Below are positions 25,921 through 37,808 of a stretch of DNA of 40,810 nucleotides, piece by piece; position 1 is the stretch's first letter; each line of letters starts with the position of its first letter. The DNA comes from Octopus bimaculoides (Eukaryota). The notes beneath the pieces are model-generated. The model saw only the letters and a program-made list of their open reading frames with translations, ran no database searches and was not told where the DNA came from. The DNA is taken from positions 17,694,767-17,735,576 of the forward strand of contig NC_068988.1 in NCBI RefSeq assembly GCF_001194135.2, written 5' to 3'. The position numbers were made by a program, and so were the translations under genes.

Positions 25921-26217
25921 CTCTCCCGTCGTTAGACGACGTATGAGGGTTCGGTAATCCTTGCCGAGCAACTATACAGATGATTTGTTTATAGTGATCA
26001 AATGTTTGTGTGCACATAAGCACACTTCCTCCGTCAAAAGGACATTACCTGTAAAGGTGCACCGCGTGTCACATGTCAGATGATGAAATCATCGCAGAGC
26101 AACGTGAAATGAAGTGTTTTTCTCAAGAACACAACTCAACGCTCGGTCTGAAGATCGAACACACGATCTCGCAGTCGTGAGTGCAACACCCTAACCACAA
26201 AACCATGTGCCTTCACA
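25921..26217 (-). mobile_element. tRNA-derived SINE, full length, minus strand
   Basis: Reverse complement reads GGCACATGGTTTTGTGGTTAGGGTG (A-box), GTGTTCGATCTTC (B-box), GTTGTGTTCTTGAGAAAAACACTTCATTTCACGTTGCTC, and tail ..CGTCGTCTAACGACGGGAGAG. Confidence 0.7.
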
Positions 26218-26222
26218 AAAAT

Positions 26223-26320
26223 CAGGTACTCCGTCGGTTCCAATGACGAGGATTTCAATTGATCCGATCAACGGAATAGTCTGCTCGTGAAGTTAACGAG
26301 GAAGTGGCTGCGCATTCCAC
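26223..26320 (-). mobile_element. SINE tail fragment (same tail as 11530-11625)
   Basis: Reverse complement CAGCCACTTCCTCGTTAACTTCACGAGCAGACTATTCCGTTGATCGGATCAATTG matches 11541-11593. Confidence 0.65.
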
Positions 26321-26368
26321 ATATATGTATGTGTGTGTGTATAGGTGCGTGTATGTGTATGTGCGCCC

Positions 26369-26428
<60 letters not shown>

Positions 26429-26849
26429 AAATGCGTATGTATGTGACTTGTACTTCGTTTACTATTCGTGTAAAATATGAAACGCAAAATTGCAAAGTTG
26501 AATTTCACGCAGGTATCTCAATTGGGCATTATGATAACGACATAGTTTTGCCCGAATATACTAGTTCTCATCACACACGCACACACACACACGCCCACAC
26601 ATATGCACACACACGTATATGTATAATCATGGACGTATGTATATACACTTAAGCGCACATACTTGTAAACACGATACGTTTCCGCACAATTTTCACCTGT
26701 TAAATTTTACCCACAATTTTTCATTGGTCAACACACGGCTAATATAGAACATACTTGTTCAAAATACCGCACAATAATATCAGACTCGTGAACTTGTAGC
26801 AATGCGCATATCTTAACTGCACAGCTATGTCTTCATTTGAAATAATTTG

Positions 26850-27170
26850 GTGTTGAGGTTATATCAACCCCTGTACTTGCTTGATAACTTTTTTTATCCC
26901 TCCACTCTCACCAGAAGCATGAAAGACAAAGTTTATCTTGGCGAAATTTGAACTCGGAATATAGACTTTTCATCCGCTGCTTTAACGGTTTTTGCAATTC
27001 ACATTCTTTCCTGTACCCTAAATAATTTTTTCTACTATTGGCACAAGGCCTGAAATATTCGGGAAAGGCTCTAGTCAGTTACATCTAATCCACTGCTCAA
27101 CTAGTACCTATTTTATCGACCCCAAAAAGATCAAAAGCAAAATCATCCTGGGTGGAATTTGAAGTCGAGA
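26850..27170 (-). mobile_element. Two diverged minus-strand fragments of SINE family C
   Basis: ..AAAGTTTATCTTGGCGAAATTTGAACTC (about 26930-26956) and TAGTACCTATTTTATCGACCCC..GGAATTTGAAGTC (about 27100-27167) are reverse complements of the 30710-30924 element. Confidence 0.6.
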
Positions 27171-27285
27171 TATAAAAAGCCGGAAGAAATGCCGATATGC
27201 ATTTTGATCGGTGCAATAACGATTCTGCCAGCTCGCTGCCTTTCTGCAACTAAAATAACAATTTCAATGTTTCAGCACAAGGCCA

Positions 27286-27683
27286 GGTTTAGTCCCATTG
27301 CTTGGCACTTTGGAGAAGTATCTGCTACCATAATCTCAGGGCGAGCAAAGCCTTGTGAATAGGTTTGATAGACGGAAACTGAAAGAAGCCTATCCTATGT
27401 GTATGTGTGTGTGTCTGTGTGTCGGTGCTTGCGTGTGCGCGTGCGGTCATGTGTATGTGTCTGTGTGTGTATGGGACTCTGTGTTTGTATTTGCTCCTCT
27501 CTACCACTTGAGAATCGGTGTTGGGGTCTTTACGTCCTCGTAACTTAGCGATCATGCAAAAGAAACCGGTAGTATAAGGAGCAGATTTTACTTATTCTAG
27601 TTCTGAGGTTTAATCGTTCGATTACAATTCTTCAAAGCGGTGCTCCTGCATGTCAGCAATTTAATAACAAGCAAAAAGATAAA
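27286..27683 (+). mobile_element. SINE family B with internal TG-rich microsatellite
   Basis: 5' half ..GGCACTTTGGAGAAGTATCT..AAAGCCTTGTGAATAGGTTTGATAGACGGAAACTGAAAGAAGCC, a TG tract, then the 3' half ..CGTAACTTAGCG..AAAAAGATAAA. Same layout as 36637-36910. Confidence 0.7.
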
Positions 27684-28650
27684 TACACAATTATATACGT
27701 CATCCATGTGTTTATACAAAACACTAGAACTTGACAAGTAACATTCACAAACACGTTATGGCATATATAAACTGCTTTTCTTGCATGTGTATTTGCAGAT
27801 AGCAGCATGTATTTCCGTGCTTCGTATACACTGAGTACAGGTATACAATTGCCCTTATAATCTACATAGCTACTACATAATATTTACATGCGTAACTCAT
27901 ACAACTGAAACAACGTCAAATATACGAGCAGACAGAGACAGTCAGGCAAGATATTTTTTTTATAGAATTAAGCTATTGCTATGAGTAGAACAGCATGAAA
28001 TAGGTTATCACAGACCAATATAAGATTACTTAACATCTAGTTAGGTTTTAGAGTAAATGATAGCATATGATGATAGTGTACATCGTTGATAACACTTTCG
28101 GTAATCTTCAGCTACCAAAATTAATATAAGGTCATTCAGATAAGGTCAGTTAATAGATTAGGTAGAAAAGAATTAATTCTCTTTTCTCGTAGAAAATCTA
28201 ATGTTAAGAAAAACATTTATCCATAGTAAAAGAATAAATAAAATCTGGAGAATCTAGCGGATGCTTTTGCGCCGGTAAAATGTAATGCAAATAAATGAAG
28301 CTGTAGTATGTATTTTATGCCATGAAGAAGAAAAATCTAGCATTTTCAGAAAACTTCGTTAGAGTAAGATAGAATAGCAACTGGTTTTGAATGAAATTGG
28401 AATCAGTGAGAGAGAGAAAGAGAGAGAAGAGTGAGAGATAGTGAGAAAAAGACGAGAAGGGGAAGAAAACTGGAGCGTCTGGTAACAAGTGTTTTGTTTG
28501 TTTTTTTTCTGGAGAAAAGAAACGCCAGTACATTTGTAAAACGTTAATGAGCGGAAAAGTACACAAATATATAAATATACAGCACGATTTACATCTTTGC
28601 GCATACGCAGAAAACTCCGAGATACGCATATAAGATACATGTAAATATAA

Positions 28651-28733
28651 CTGCCGGAGCCTCGTGGAGTTTTAGGTGTTTTCGCTCAATAAACACTCAC
28701 AACGCCCGGTCTGGGAATCGAAACCGCGATCCT
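28651..28733 (-). mobile_element. Young tRNA-derived SINE (family A), minus strand, runs into a gap
   Basis: 81 of 83 nt identical to the reverse complement of 40669-40751. Confidence 0.9.
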
Positions 28734-29819
28734 NNNNNNNNNNNNNNNNNNNNNNNNNNNNNNNNNNNNNNNNNNNNNNNNNNNNNNNNNNNNNNNNNNN
28801 NNNNNNNNNNNNNNNNNNNNNNNNNNNNNNNNNNNNNNNNNNNNNNNNNNNNNNNNNNNNNNNNNNNNNNNNNNNNNNNNNNNNNNNNNNNNNNNNNNNN
28901 NNNNNNNNNNNNNNNNNNNNNNNNNNNNNTATATATATATATATATATATATATCTTTCTGAATTCTGAGACAAAATATTAATATATCAATACATATAAT
29001 CTTCACGTAACTCGTTGAGTGTCTTTTTCTGTCATTTATGCACCCTTCTCCTTCCCCGCGCTCTTTCTTTTTCTTACTCTGTTCGCATACACGTATATTT
29101 GTGTACTTTTCCGCTCATTAACGTATATTTGTGTATGTACACACATAATGTTTGTGTACATACTGTGTATGTACTGAAATGATCGTGTTAAAAATCAACT
29201 GTATTCGTAGCTTGTCACCTTTGGATGCTTTAAGTAGGATAGAGAAAACTATTTTAATGTATAGATTGTCCATCGGATGATTTACACTCAATACTGTAAA
29301 TGAACATGATATAAACTGCTGGTTTCCTCTATTTTCACCTTTCACTCTCTACACATTACAATGCATAGATTTGCGTTTAGAAATTTGATACGTATCGTAT
29401 TATCAGTGATCATGAGAAAGTACATAATTCGCATTCATTTAGAACACGGAAAGGAATTTGAATTCATGACTTCAGCTGGTAATCCAGAAATCTAGTTGTC
29501 AATATATGTGTGTATATAGGCATTTCGATTTATATATGTGTGTGTGTATCTGTGTGCGTACAATTTCAGCAGTCGGTTATTTACGGGGAAATTGTTTCAA
29601 AAGATCAGAAAATGTTTATACAGATGCTAATGTAAGTAAAAATGAACGTAAAGTTTGAAATATCTAAATGGTGTTAAATAGCTTAGATTTTAGAACTGAA
29701 ACGCAAGCAATTTGTTTATACCATTTCTTCTAAGAATCAAATGAGTGCAAAAACTTTGCATGTTCATAATTCCATGAGAATTCGGTCACTCTTTTAATAC
29801 AGATATACGTTATATTAAG

Positions 29820-29945
29820 GTGGCAACTTGTTAATCCAATATAACGGACTAATCACTTCTCGACATTTGTTCTGAGTCCTTCATCTCTGAGTTCAAACTG
29901 ACCATAAGTCAACTTTCTATTTTGCAGGTCGATAAAAAAATTGAA
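29820..29945 (+). mobile_element. Diverged SINE family C fragment
   Basis: GGTGGCAACTTG...TCTGAGTTCAAA..AAGTCAACTTT..GGTCGATAAAA resembles 30710-30924. Confidence 0.5.
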
Positions 29946-30709
29946 ATCCAAATCGGTGGTTGGGTGGAACACAACAAACCGGATGCTTCACGGTACTTTT
30001 ATGCCTCTGAGTCCAAATACAGCCCTGATACAGTATTATCAGTTTGTATCTTAGGTATCTTTAGCGGAGTCCCCTGTCTTGCAAGTTTTTGGACCCAGGT
30101 TTCTGAGTTAAGGTACTTATGGTTAAGAAGTGACTGCAGATGAAACCATTTCAAAAGCGAAGCGTACATACTAAGGGTCGAAACGCTTGTGACCGTGAGA
30201 TACAAACTGATGATACAGAGGGTATAATTTGGGTGTTATAATCAGTTCCACCCTCCATACCGATACGACACATGTTGTAAAACGACCACCATTTCGAGCT
30301 AGAGGTAAGCAGAGTTCGGGTCACTTTATATAGTATTAAGAAACATATAAGATGTGACTGGTATATTTAAGCTTTATATAATATACACGAGTTTCCATAA
30401 ACAATATCATAGCAAAAGTAACATTAGTTGGTTAGCGGACTCACGCGTATATTATCTAAAGCATCGGGGCGACTGAAAATCGTGTGGATCAGTTCAACAC
30501 AGTCGATTCACACCTAAGGAAATTCATACAGAGTTTTTCACATTTATATATCTTTTACTCCTCTCTTCATTGTACTTGTTTCAGTCATTAGACTATTGCA
30601 TGCAAGGGGAACTCACTTTATCCCTGTATCTATTCTTATTTACTTTAGGACTTAATGACTTGTAGGGGCACGGTAATTTCGTTCTACAGCCATAATATAC
30701 TGTAAAGTA

Positions 30710-30924
30710 AAGGCGGGGAGCTGGCAACAAAGTTAGCACGCTAGGCGAAATGCTTGGCGGTATTTCGTCTTTCTTTTCGATCTGAGTTCAAATTCAACCG
30801 AGGTCGACTTTGCCTTTCATCTTTTCAGGTTCGATAAATTAAGTACCAATTGTGTACTGGGGTCGACCTAATCGACTGCCCCCCTCCCCCAAAAATTTCG
30901 GGCCTTGTATCAAGAGTAGAAAAG
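30710..30924 (+). mobile_element. SINE family C, complete, with 16-bp target-site duplication
   Basis: Body AAGGCGGGGAGCTGGCAA..CTGAGTTCAAATTC..GTCGACTTTGCCTTTCATC..TCGATAAATTAAGTACC..GGCCTTGT..AGAAAAG, flanked by the direct repeat AATATACTGTAAAGTA at 30694-30709 and 30925-30940. Confidence 0.85.
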
Positions 30925-30997
30925 AATATACTGTAAAGTATATTAAACGTTTTTATAAGTCAATACTGCGTTCTACTATGTTAGCAGTACACTTTAC

Positions 30998-31096
30998 ATC
31001 ATTTGTTAAGGTTATCACTCCAGATATTCTATAGAAATTATCAGTACTGGCTATTATTTCTATAAAATATCTGTTGAGATAACCTTAACAAATGAT
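30998..31096. repeat. Inverted repeat: 41-bp arms, 17-nt loop
   Basis: ATCATTTGTTAAGGTTATCACTCCAGATATTCTATAGAAAT (30998-31038) pairs with 31056-31096. The first 19 bp are perfect, followed by an internal mismatch patch and one single mismatch. Confidence 0.85.
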
Positions 31097-31296
31097 ACTT
31101 TGAGACTGGTACATATTTGTCACTTTTTTATACCGTTCAGTTTACCGAACAATTAAGTTGCAATTATACGATAACATGGCTTTCAAATGATGCAATAAAG
31201 TCATATAGACACACACACGGGCACACAGATGGATATGTATGCACGAAACAAATACACGCGTGAGACTGAAAAACCTCTGCCTGAAAGTGTGTGTGT

Positions 31297-31418
31297 GTGT
31301 ATATATATAGATATAGATATATATATAGAGAGAGAGAGAGACATATATATATAGATAGATATAGAGATATATATATATATAGAGAGAGAGAGACATATAT
31401 AGATAGATAGATAGATAG

Positions 31419-31451
<33 letters not shown>

Positions 31452-31591
31452 CATATATATAGATAGATAGATAGATAGATAGATATAGATATATATATAG
31501 AGAGAGAGAGATAGATATAGATATATATATAGAGAGATATAGATATATATATATAGATATATATATATATATAGATATATATATATATATA
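31297..31591. repeat. Compound TA/GA/GATA repeat with higher-order units
   Basis: Recurrent (TA)n-(GA)n-CA-(TA)n-(GATA)n blocks. Confidence 0.9.
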
Positions 31592-34277
31592 TGGATATAA
31601 ATATTTCTATGTGTATATATGGTTATGTACATTACGTAAGCAATTATCTTTAGTTTTAAATAGTTACAGTCTCTGTGGTTGCTAAGAATGTATGGATATT
31701 ATGGAAATAGTTTTGTTTTGCTATTTTTCGTCGTAATTGTTTAAAGAGATTTCGAGAATATTATCATCCTAACTAGCGGAATATCTCCAAGATATTTTGC
31801 TAAATAGCTGTCTCGCCCCTCTCTCTTCTCTCTTGCTTTCTCTTCCGTCTTTCCTCTCATCTTTCTACACTTCTCGGTTTCTTTCTCACTCTATTCAATT
31901 CTGTCTTACTACTTATTTCCCTGTCTCATCACTCACTTTGCAGATTAAGTTTGTAAATGCTCTGCTCAGAAATAGACATATAAACACCTTCATCTAAATT
32001 AGATTCTCTCAGTTATGTTTTGTGCATAATTTGGCAGAGCATTTTCAATACTTTTACTGTTACTTTTCTGTTCTTGTTTTGTTTTTAATAACAACAACAA
32101 CAACTAAATTACTTCCTGCCACCAACATAGCGAAATAGTTTTCCATCATTTTCATTAATAAGCATGATATGCTGACAAAAATGATAAATTTAAAACAAGA
32201 TAAGTAACAAAAAGAGAACAATAACAACACTAATATGTAGAAACATCATTAAAGATAATTTCGTAGAAAGCATCCATCTGTTCTTTCAGTGAAAATCTAT
32301 GATTTTGAAGTTTAAATTGAGCAGAGAAATTAAATAAGATGTAGTTATGAAAGAATTGATTTGATGCTGGTGCCAAGTCGGTGGCTCAAATTGGACCTCT
32401 TTTATTTATTATTTTATTAACTAATGGTGTTACTATTTATTGGTGTAGCTATGGCTGTTGCTGCTGCTGATGGAGTTATTATTGGTGGGGCTGATTGTGA
32501 TGTTGGCGATTGTGGTGGTAGTAGTTGTGATTTTGTTTTCGCTGCTGCTTGTTAATGTCAGCTTGTTTCTGTATTTAGATGTTAGTTAAAGTAGTTGAAA
32601 TAGTTTATCTTAAGAAGAAATAAATAAAATGATAGAAAAGAAAGAAAGAAGAAAAGAGTGAGAGAGAGAAAGAGAGAGAAATTAAATCAGCTATTCATTT
32701 CTGCAGTCTATTTATACTGGATCTCTGCTCTTTGAAATACATTTGAAAAAGATTCCTTATCTGCCTTTCTGTTTATCAGTCTGTAACGATTTTCATTCTC
32801 ACTCTATTTGTTTATATTTTCTTTCGCTTCATTTTTGGCTACCCATCACTTCGTGTATGTACTTGTATACATAGGTAAATAGATGCATATACATAGGTAA
32901 ATACATGCACAAAGACACACAAATGTATGTGTACAGTAGGAGAGGGAGAATAACAAGTGATATTTTTTACTTCTGTTTCTTTTTTTTTTTTTTTGCTTCT
33001 TTTCTTCCTCTACACTTTTTTTTTTCTTTGTATTTTGTGATTCTCTAATTNNNNNNNNNNNNNNNNNNNNNNNNNNNNNNNNNNNNNNNNNNNNNNNNNN
33101 NNNNNNNNNNNNNNNNNNNNNNNNNNNNNNNNNNNNNNNNNNNNNNNNNNNNNNNNNNNNNNNNNNNNNNNNNNNNNNNNNNNNNNNNNNNNNNNNNNNN
33201 NNNNNNNNNNNNNNNNNNNNNNNNNNNNNNNNNNNNNNNNNNNNNNNNNNNNNNNNNNNNNNNNNNNNNNNNNNNNNNNNNNNNNNNNNNNNNNNNNNNN
33301 NNNNNNNNNNNNNNNNNNNNNNNNNNNNNNNNNNNNNNNNNNNNNNNNNNNNNNNNNNNNNNNNNNNNNNNNNNNNNNNNNNNNNNNNNNNNNNNNNNNN
33401 NNNNNNNNNNNNNNNNNNNNNNNNNNNNNNNNNNNNNNNNNNNNNNNNNNNNNNNNNNNNNNNNNNNNNNNNNNNNNNNNNNNNNNNNNNNNNNNNNNNN
33501 NNNNNNNNNNNNNNNNNNNNNNNNNNNNNNNNNNNNNNNNNNNNNNNNNNNNNNNNNNNNNNNNNNNNNNNNNNNNNNNNNNNNNNNNNNNNNNNNNNNN
33601 NNNNNNNNNNNNNNNNNNNNNNNNNNNNNNNNTGTGTGTGTGTGTGTGTGCGTAGCAATGTACCTGTCACGTACCATTTTTTTTTTTATTATTCAGCAAC
33701 ACCAAATATCAGTTTCGTTTTCTTTTAAGCAGACCGTTATTTTACGTTTCATTGATAAAGATATAATGATTTAAATTCATAAAGAATCACTACCATAAAG
33801 AGGCTCTATCATTTGTCAGACATTACAAAGATTTTGGCAAATTTTCTTAATATCAGTAATGTAGTTATATACATTTAACGAGAAGATAATACACAACATA
33901 TGTCTAAGTACACGTATTTCTAAATTTTGGCGAAACATAGTTCAGACACACCCGACTGAAGTGTTCAATCCATTATTGATATATGTTTTATAGAACCATA
34001 TCTTAGAGAAGAGAAACAGGAGACAAGTAATGATATCTGTATAGTTGAAAATTCTGAGCGTGATGTGCTGTAACTTCGAGCTGGATTTGGAGTATGAAAA
34101 TTTGTGCATATGCAGGCATATATACGTTTTTGTGTGTGTGTGAGAGAGAGAGAGAGTATGTGTGTATGAGAAAGAGTGTGTATATATATACTAGCGTGAC
34201 CTGTGAATATTTTATCGACCCTGAAATTATGAAAAATCGACCACGACGCAGCTGTTATTATCATTTTTATTATTACT

Positions 34278-34497
34278 ATTGATGATGATGATGATGATGA
34301 TGATGACTACGATGACGATGGTGATGATGACTACGATGACGACGATGATGATGATACTAACTACAACGACGATGATGATAATGATGCTGATGATAACGAT
34401 TCTGCTGCTGCTTCTGTTGATGATAATGACGACGATAGCGACGACGATGATGACCAAGATGACAACGGAAGCAACGTTGATGATATCTTTCGAGAGG
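34278..34497 (+). repeat. Degenerate GAT/GAC trinucleotide tract (poly-Asp in one frame)
   Basis: Reads IDDDDDDDDDYDDDGDDDY...SAAASVDDNDDDSDDDDDQDDNGSNVDDIFRE in one frame. Coding status unproven. Confidence 0.8.
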
Positions 34498-35523
34498 TTA
34501 AATTATCGCTTTTTAGCGGGACGTAATCTGTTTGATTGAATGATATCCATTATCAAGGCTGCATGTTTTATCATAAAAACTAGAAATTCTATGAAATACT
34601 TACCACAGCAGGAATTTAAATAAAGCATAAAACCATACCAGATATGGAAAGGCATCGGAGTTCTGACCATACGCTATTTATCTGAAACCCCTACATTGGT
34701 TTCTAAGGAATAATAACTTTTTATTTGTATTTCAAAAGCTCAGAAATGAGAAGTTGTATGGCAATCATGTCACTAAAAATTCTATGAAAAATTAATGAAA
34801 AATCAATGAAAGCAGAGGAATGAAATTGTACAACGTAAGAATTCAATATCTTTATATAAATTATGTATGTTATGTTCATAAAATATAAGAGAATTATATA
34901 TATAGAGTACTTTAAGACAAGGGTAACATACGTTGGTGTAGCTATAACTACATTATATTTATTACTTCAAGACAGACTGATAATGCATGAACATTTATAA
35001 AACATTGAAATATACCTAAATAGATTTATCCAAGTCTTTCATCAGACAATAGTAAATATGGTATTTGTTATAATGTATATCATAAATAGATTTTTACTAA
35101 GCTTGTTTCTAGAGGTTTCGGTTACAGATTTAACTACCCTACAGAGAGAAATTATGGAACTGAATATCAGATAGAGGATTTTGTCAACGAAATTTGTCTC
35201 GTATATTTGATATTTTCTTCTTGGAATCTTACGGCAATAACCGTCATGTACAGAAACGCAAATTTATATAAGCATATGCATAGAACCCCTTACAACACAT
35301 ATGTTTCTAAAAATATTATATTGTGTGTGTGTGTGTGTGTGTGCGTGCACAGTGTGAGAAATTCGGGAGAAAGTGTGAAAGAGAGAATAGGCGTGGTGCT
35401 TAGGCGCGCATGTGCATATGTGCGTGTATGGAGCTTTATTCAGGAATCAATATCGGTATTCCAGATATATCTTGTATTTAGTACTTTGTTCCGAAAATAT
35501 CAACATTCATGATGATGATACAC

Positions 35524-35526
<3 letters not shown>

Positions 35527-35606
<80 letters not shown>
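35527..35606. repeat. (TA)n microsatellite
   Basis: Directly visible. Confidence 0.95.
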
Positions 35607-35607
<1 letters not shown>

Positions 35608-36636
35608 TTGTATACATATACAAATGCATGTGTGTATGTATATGTATACAGAGATAGGTGAGAGATGAGAGACAATAAGAATCAGCTGATAAACGAATAG
35701 GAGTGTCTATATTTAGACACATATATGCTTGTATAATTATACATACGCGTACGTCTATATTTGTTTGTGTAGGTACGTGTTCCGTATACGATGGGAAAGG
35801 AATCACTTGCACACATACACACACANNNNNNNNNNNNNNNNNNNNNNNNNNNNNNNNNNNNNNNNNNNNNNNNNNNNNNNNNNNNNNNNNNNNNNNNNNN
35901 NNNNNNNNNNNNNNNNNNNNNNNNNNNNNNNNNNNNNNNNNNNNNNNNNNNNNNTATAAATAAATAAAGAGAGAGAGATAGACAGACAGAGACAGGAGGA
36001 GTCAGAGGTGGTCGGACAGGAAAAAAAGAAAGCCTTGGGCACTTACAGAGATTGATTTCAGATGTACGTAAAGTAAAAACATAACAGAAGGCTTGTTCTA
36101 TTATTCAGTGTTTGTTTTGAATTTATCGTGCACAGAAATCAAGTAAATCAAGACGTGACTTCATCAATCTATATGTGTGATGAAGAACCAATGTTGGTAC
36201 CGATGGCTAGATCACTGTGAGATATTACGATTTATCAGATAACACTGTTCTACTATAAAATGACTAATGCTATCAGATAACCTCACATTTTATCAGGTAT
36301 CGCAGATGTAGAACTATAATTTGATCTGAAGGCAGATAATGTACTTGCAAATGAAATGAATGAAACTTGGACGTGCAATGATTTATACAGAACTAAAATA
36401 GGTACTTGATGTTAATATTGTTTTTGTGTAAGCTGAGATGCATTAGATCAGTGATAATTTATATTGTACAATGCTACAATACTGATGTTCTTGTAAGCAT
36501 ACATCAAACATCAAGCATGAATCTACTTATTCATAGCAAAATATCGAAGGAATACAAATTCTACTCGCTAAAATAACATTATGTTACTTACCCGTACTGT
36601 GCCACTCTTTGAATTCTCAAGTTAGAAACCACTGTT

Positions 36637-36910
36637 GTTTGGTAAGAAGCTTGCTTCCAAACCACATGGCTTCGGATTCATTTCTACTGCGTGGCACCTC
36701 GGGCAGATGCCTCTGGCCTACAAACGCTTTGTGAGGAGATATGGTAGACGAAAACTGAAAGAATCCCGTCGTAGAATTGTAGATATATATTTATGTGTGT
36801 GTCTTTGTGTCTGTGTTTGTCCCTTCACCACCGCTTGACAACCGGTGCTGGTGTGCTTATGTTTCCGTAACTTAGCAGTACGACTTAAGAGGCCGATAGG
36901 CTTTAAAAAA
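36637..36910 (+). mobile_element. SINE family B with internal TG-rich tract
   Basis: GTTTGGTAAGAAGCTTGCTTCCAAACCACATGG..GGCACCTCGGGCAGATG..GGTAGACGAAAACTGAAAGAA, a TG tract, then TTTGTCCC..CCGCTTGACAACCGGTGCTGGTGTG..CGTAACTTAGC. Confidence 0.75.
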
Positions 36911-37808
36911 TTAGTCGGGTTCGATTCTTTTCATATGAAATAATATTCGATGTATTAATAAAATGCAGTTGGAAATTATCATTCTTTATTGTGGCGTTTT
37001 GTTGGATAATATTCTTAGTCTCAATTGGTCACGTTTAGTAATCCATCCAGAAAGCGTAATGATAGTTACTTCTTATAGGACAGTGCTATGTTCTGATAGG
37101 ACGCTTCAATAGAGAAGGCACCTGAGGACCCTCCCTGGAGTAATTGGTGAACAAAACGGATGGATTCTTTTAAATTGCTATATATGCATTTGATTAAGTT
37201 TAGATTATTAAACCCATGACTCACGCTGTTTTTGACCCATCCAAGGCAATATCACCAATAGAGTTTCTCTACAAATCTCTACCTAGATTCTGATTTGCAG
37301 TCGCACTCTGATCTCAGCAATCTCTGTTTATCGAAAGAATAATCAGGTAGTATACGGTCTAGGTTCAATAGAAAATATATACATATACAATATTTTGCCG
37401 TTTGCTATTCTACGAAGTCAATCACTATTCAATGCAGCTATACCTACTCAGGCGATGTTTTTCAGAGTACAATAAAGGACTCAACACCGTTTCAGTTTGT
37501 GTATATTTATTATGTGCAATATCTTACGGTATGCAGACCCGGCTCGTTGTTTTCATAGTTCTTCGTGAAATTTAAAAACAATTTATTTCGTGTCATTACT
37601 TTTATACTCGAAAACAAAAATAAATAATCCGTAAAACAAACAGCAAGAGAGATAGAATAGAGGGCGTATGATGAGGAAAAGAAACTGTTTGGAAAACAAA
37701 TGGAGAAATGAAGAAAAGAAATGACGAAAATAGAGAAATAAGAAACTTTTGATGGAAACAAGGTGTTGTTGTGTTAAATGATTACTTGAATGTGCTTTTA
37801 AAGTTGTA

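Noticed and set aside
30019-30225. Degenerate inverted repeat (TATTATCAGTTTGTATCT / AGATACAAACTGATGATA) around about 150 bp
   Set aside because: Only about 20 bp is clearly complementary and there is no TSD; probably an old non-autonomous element, not classifiable.
34279-34539. Poly-Met ORF and its poly-Ile/Val antisense ORF
   Set aside because: Alternative frames of the GAT/GAC repeat.
36136-36220. Possible plus-strand terminal exon (NQVNQDVTSSIYMCDEEPMLVPMARSL*)
   Set aside because: Short, with a moderate acceptor and no link to other exons.
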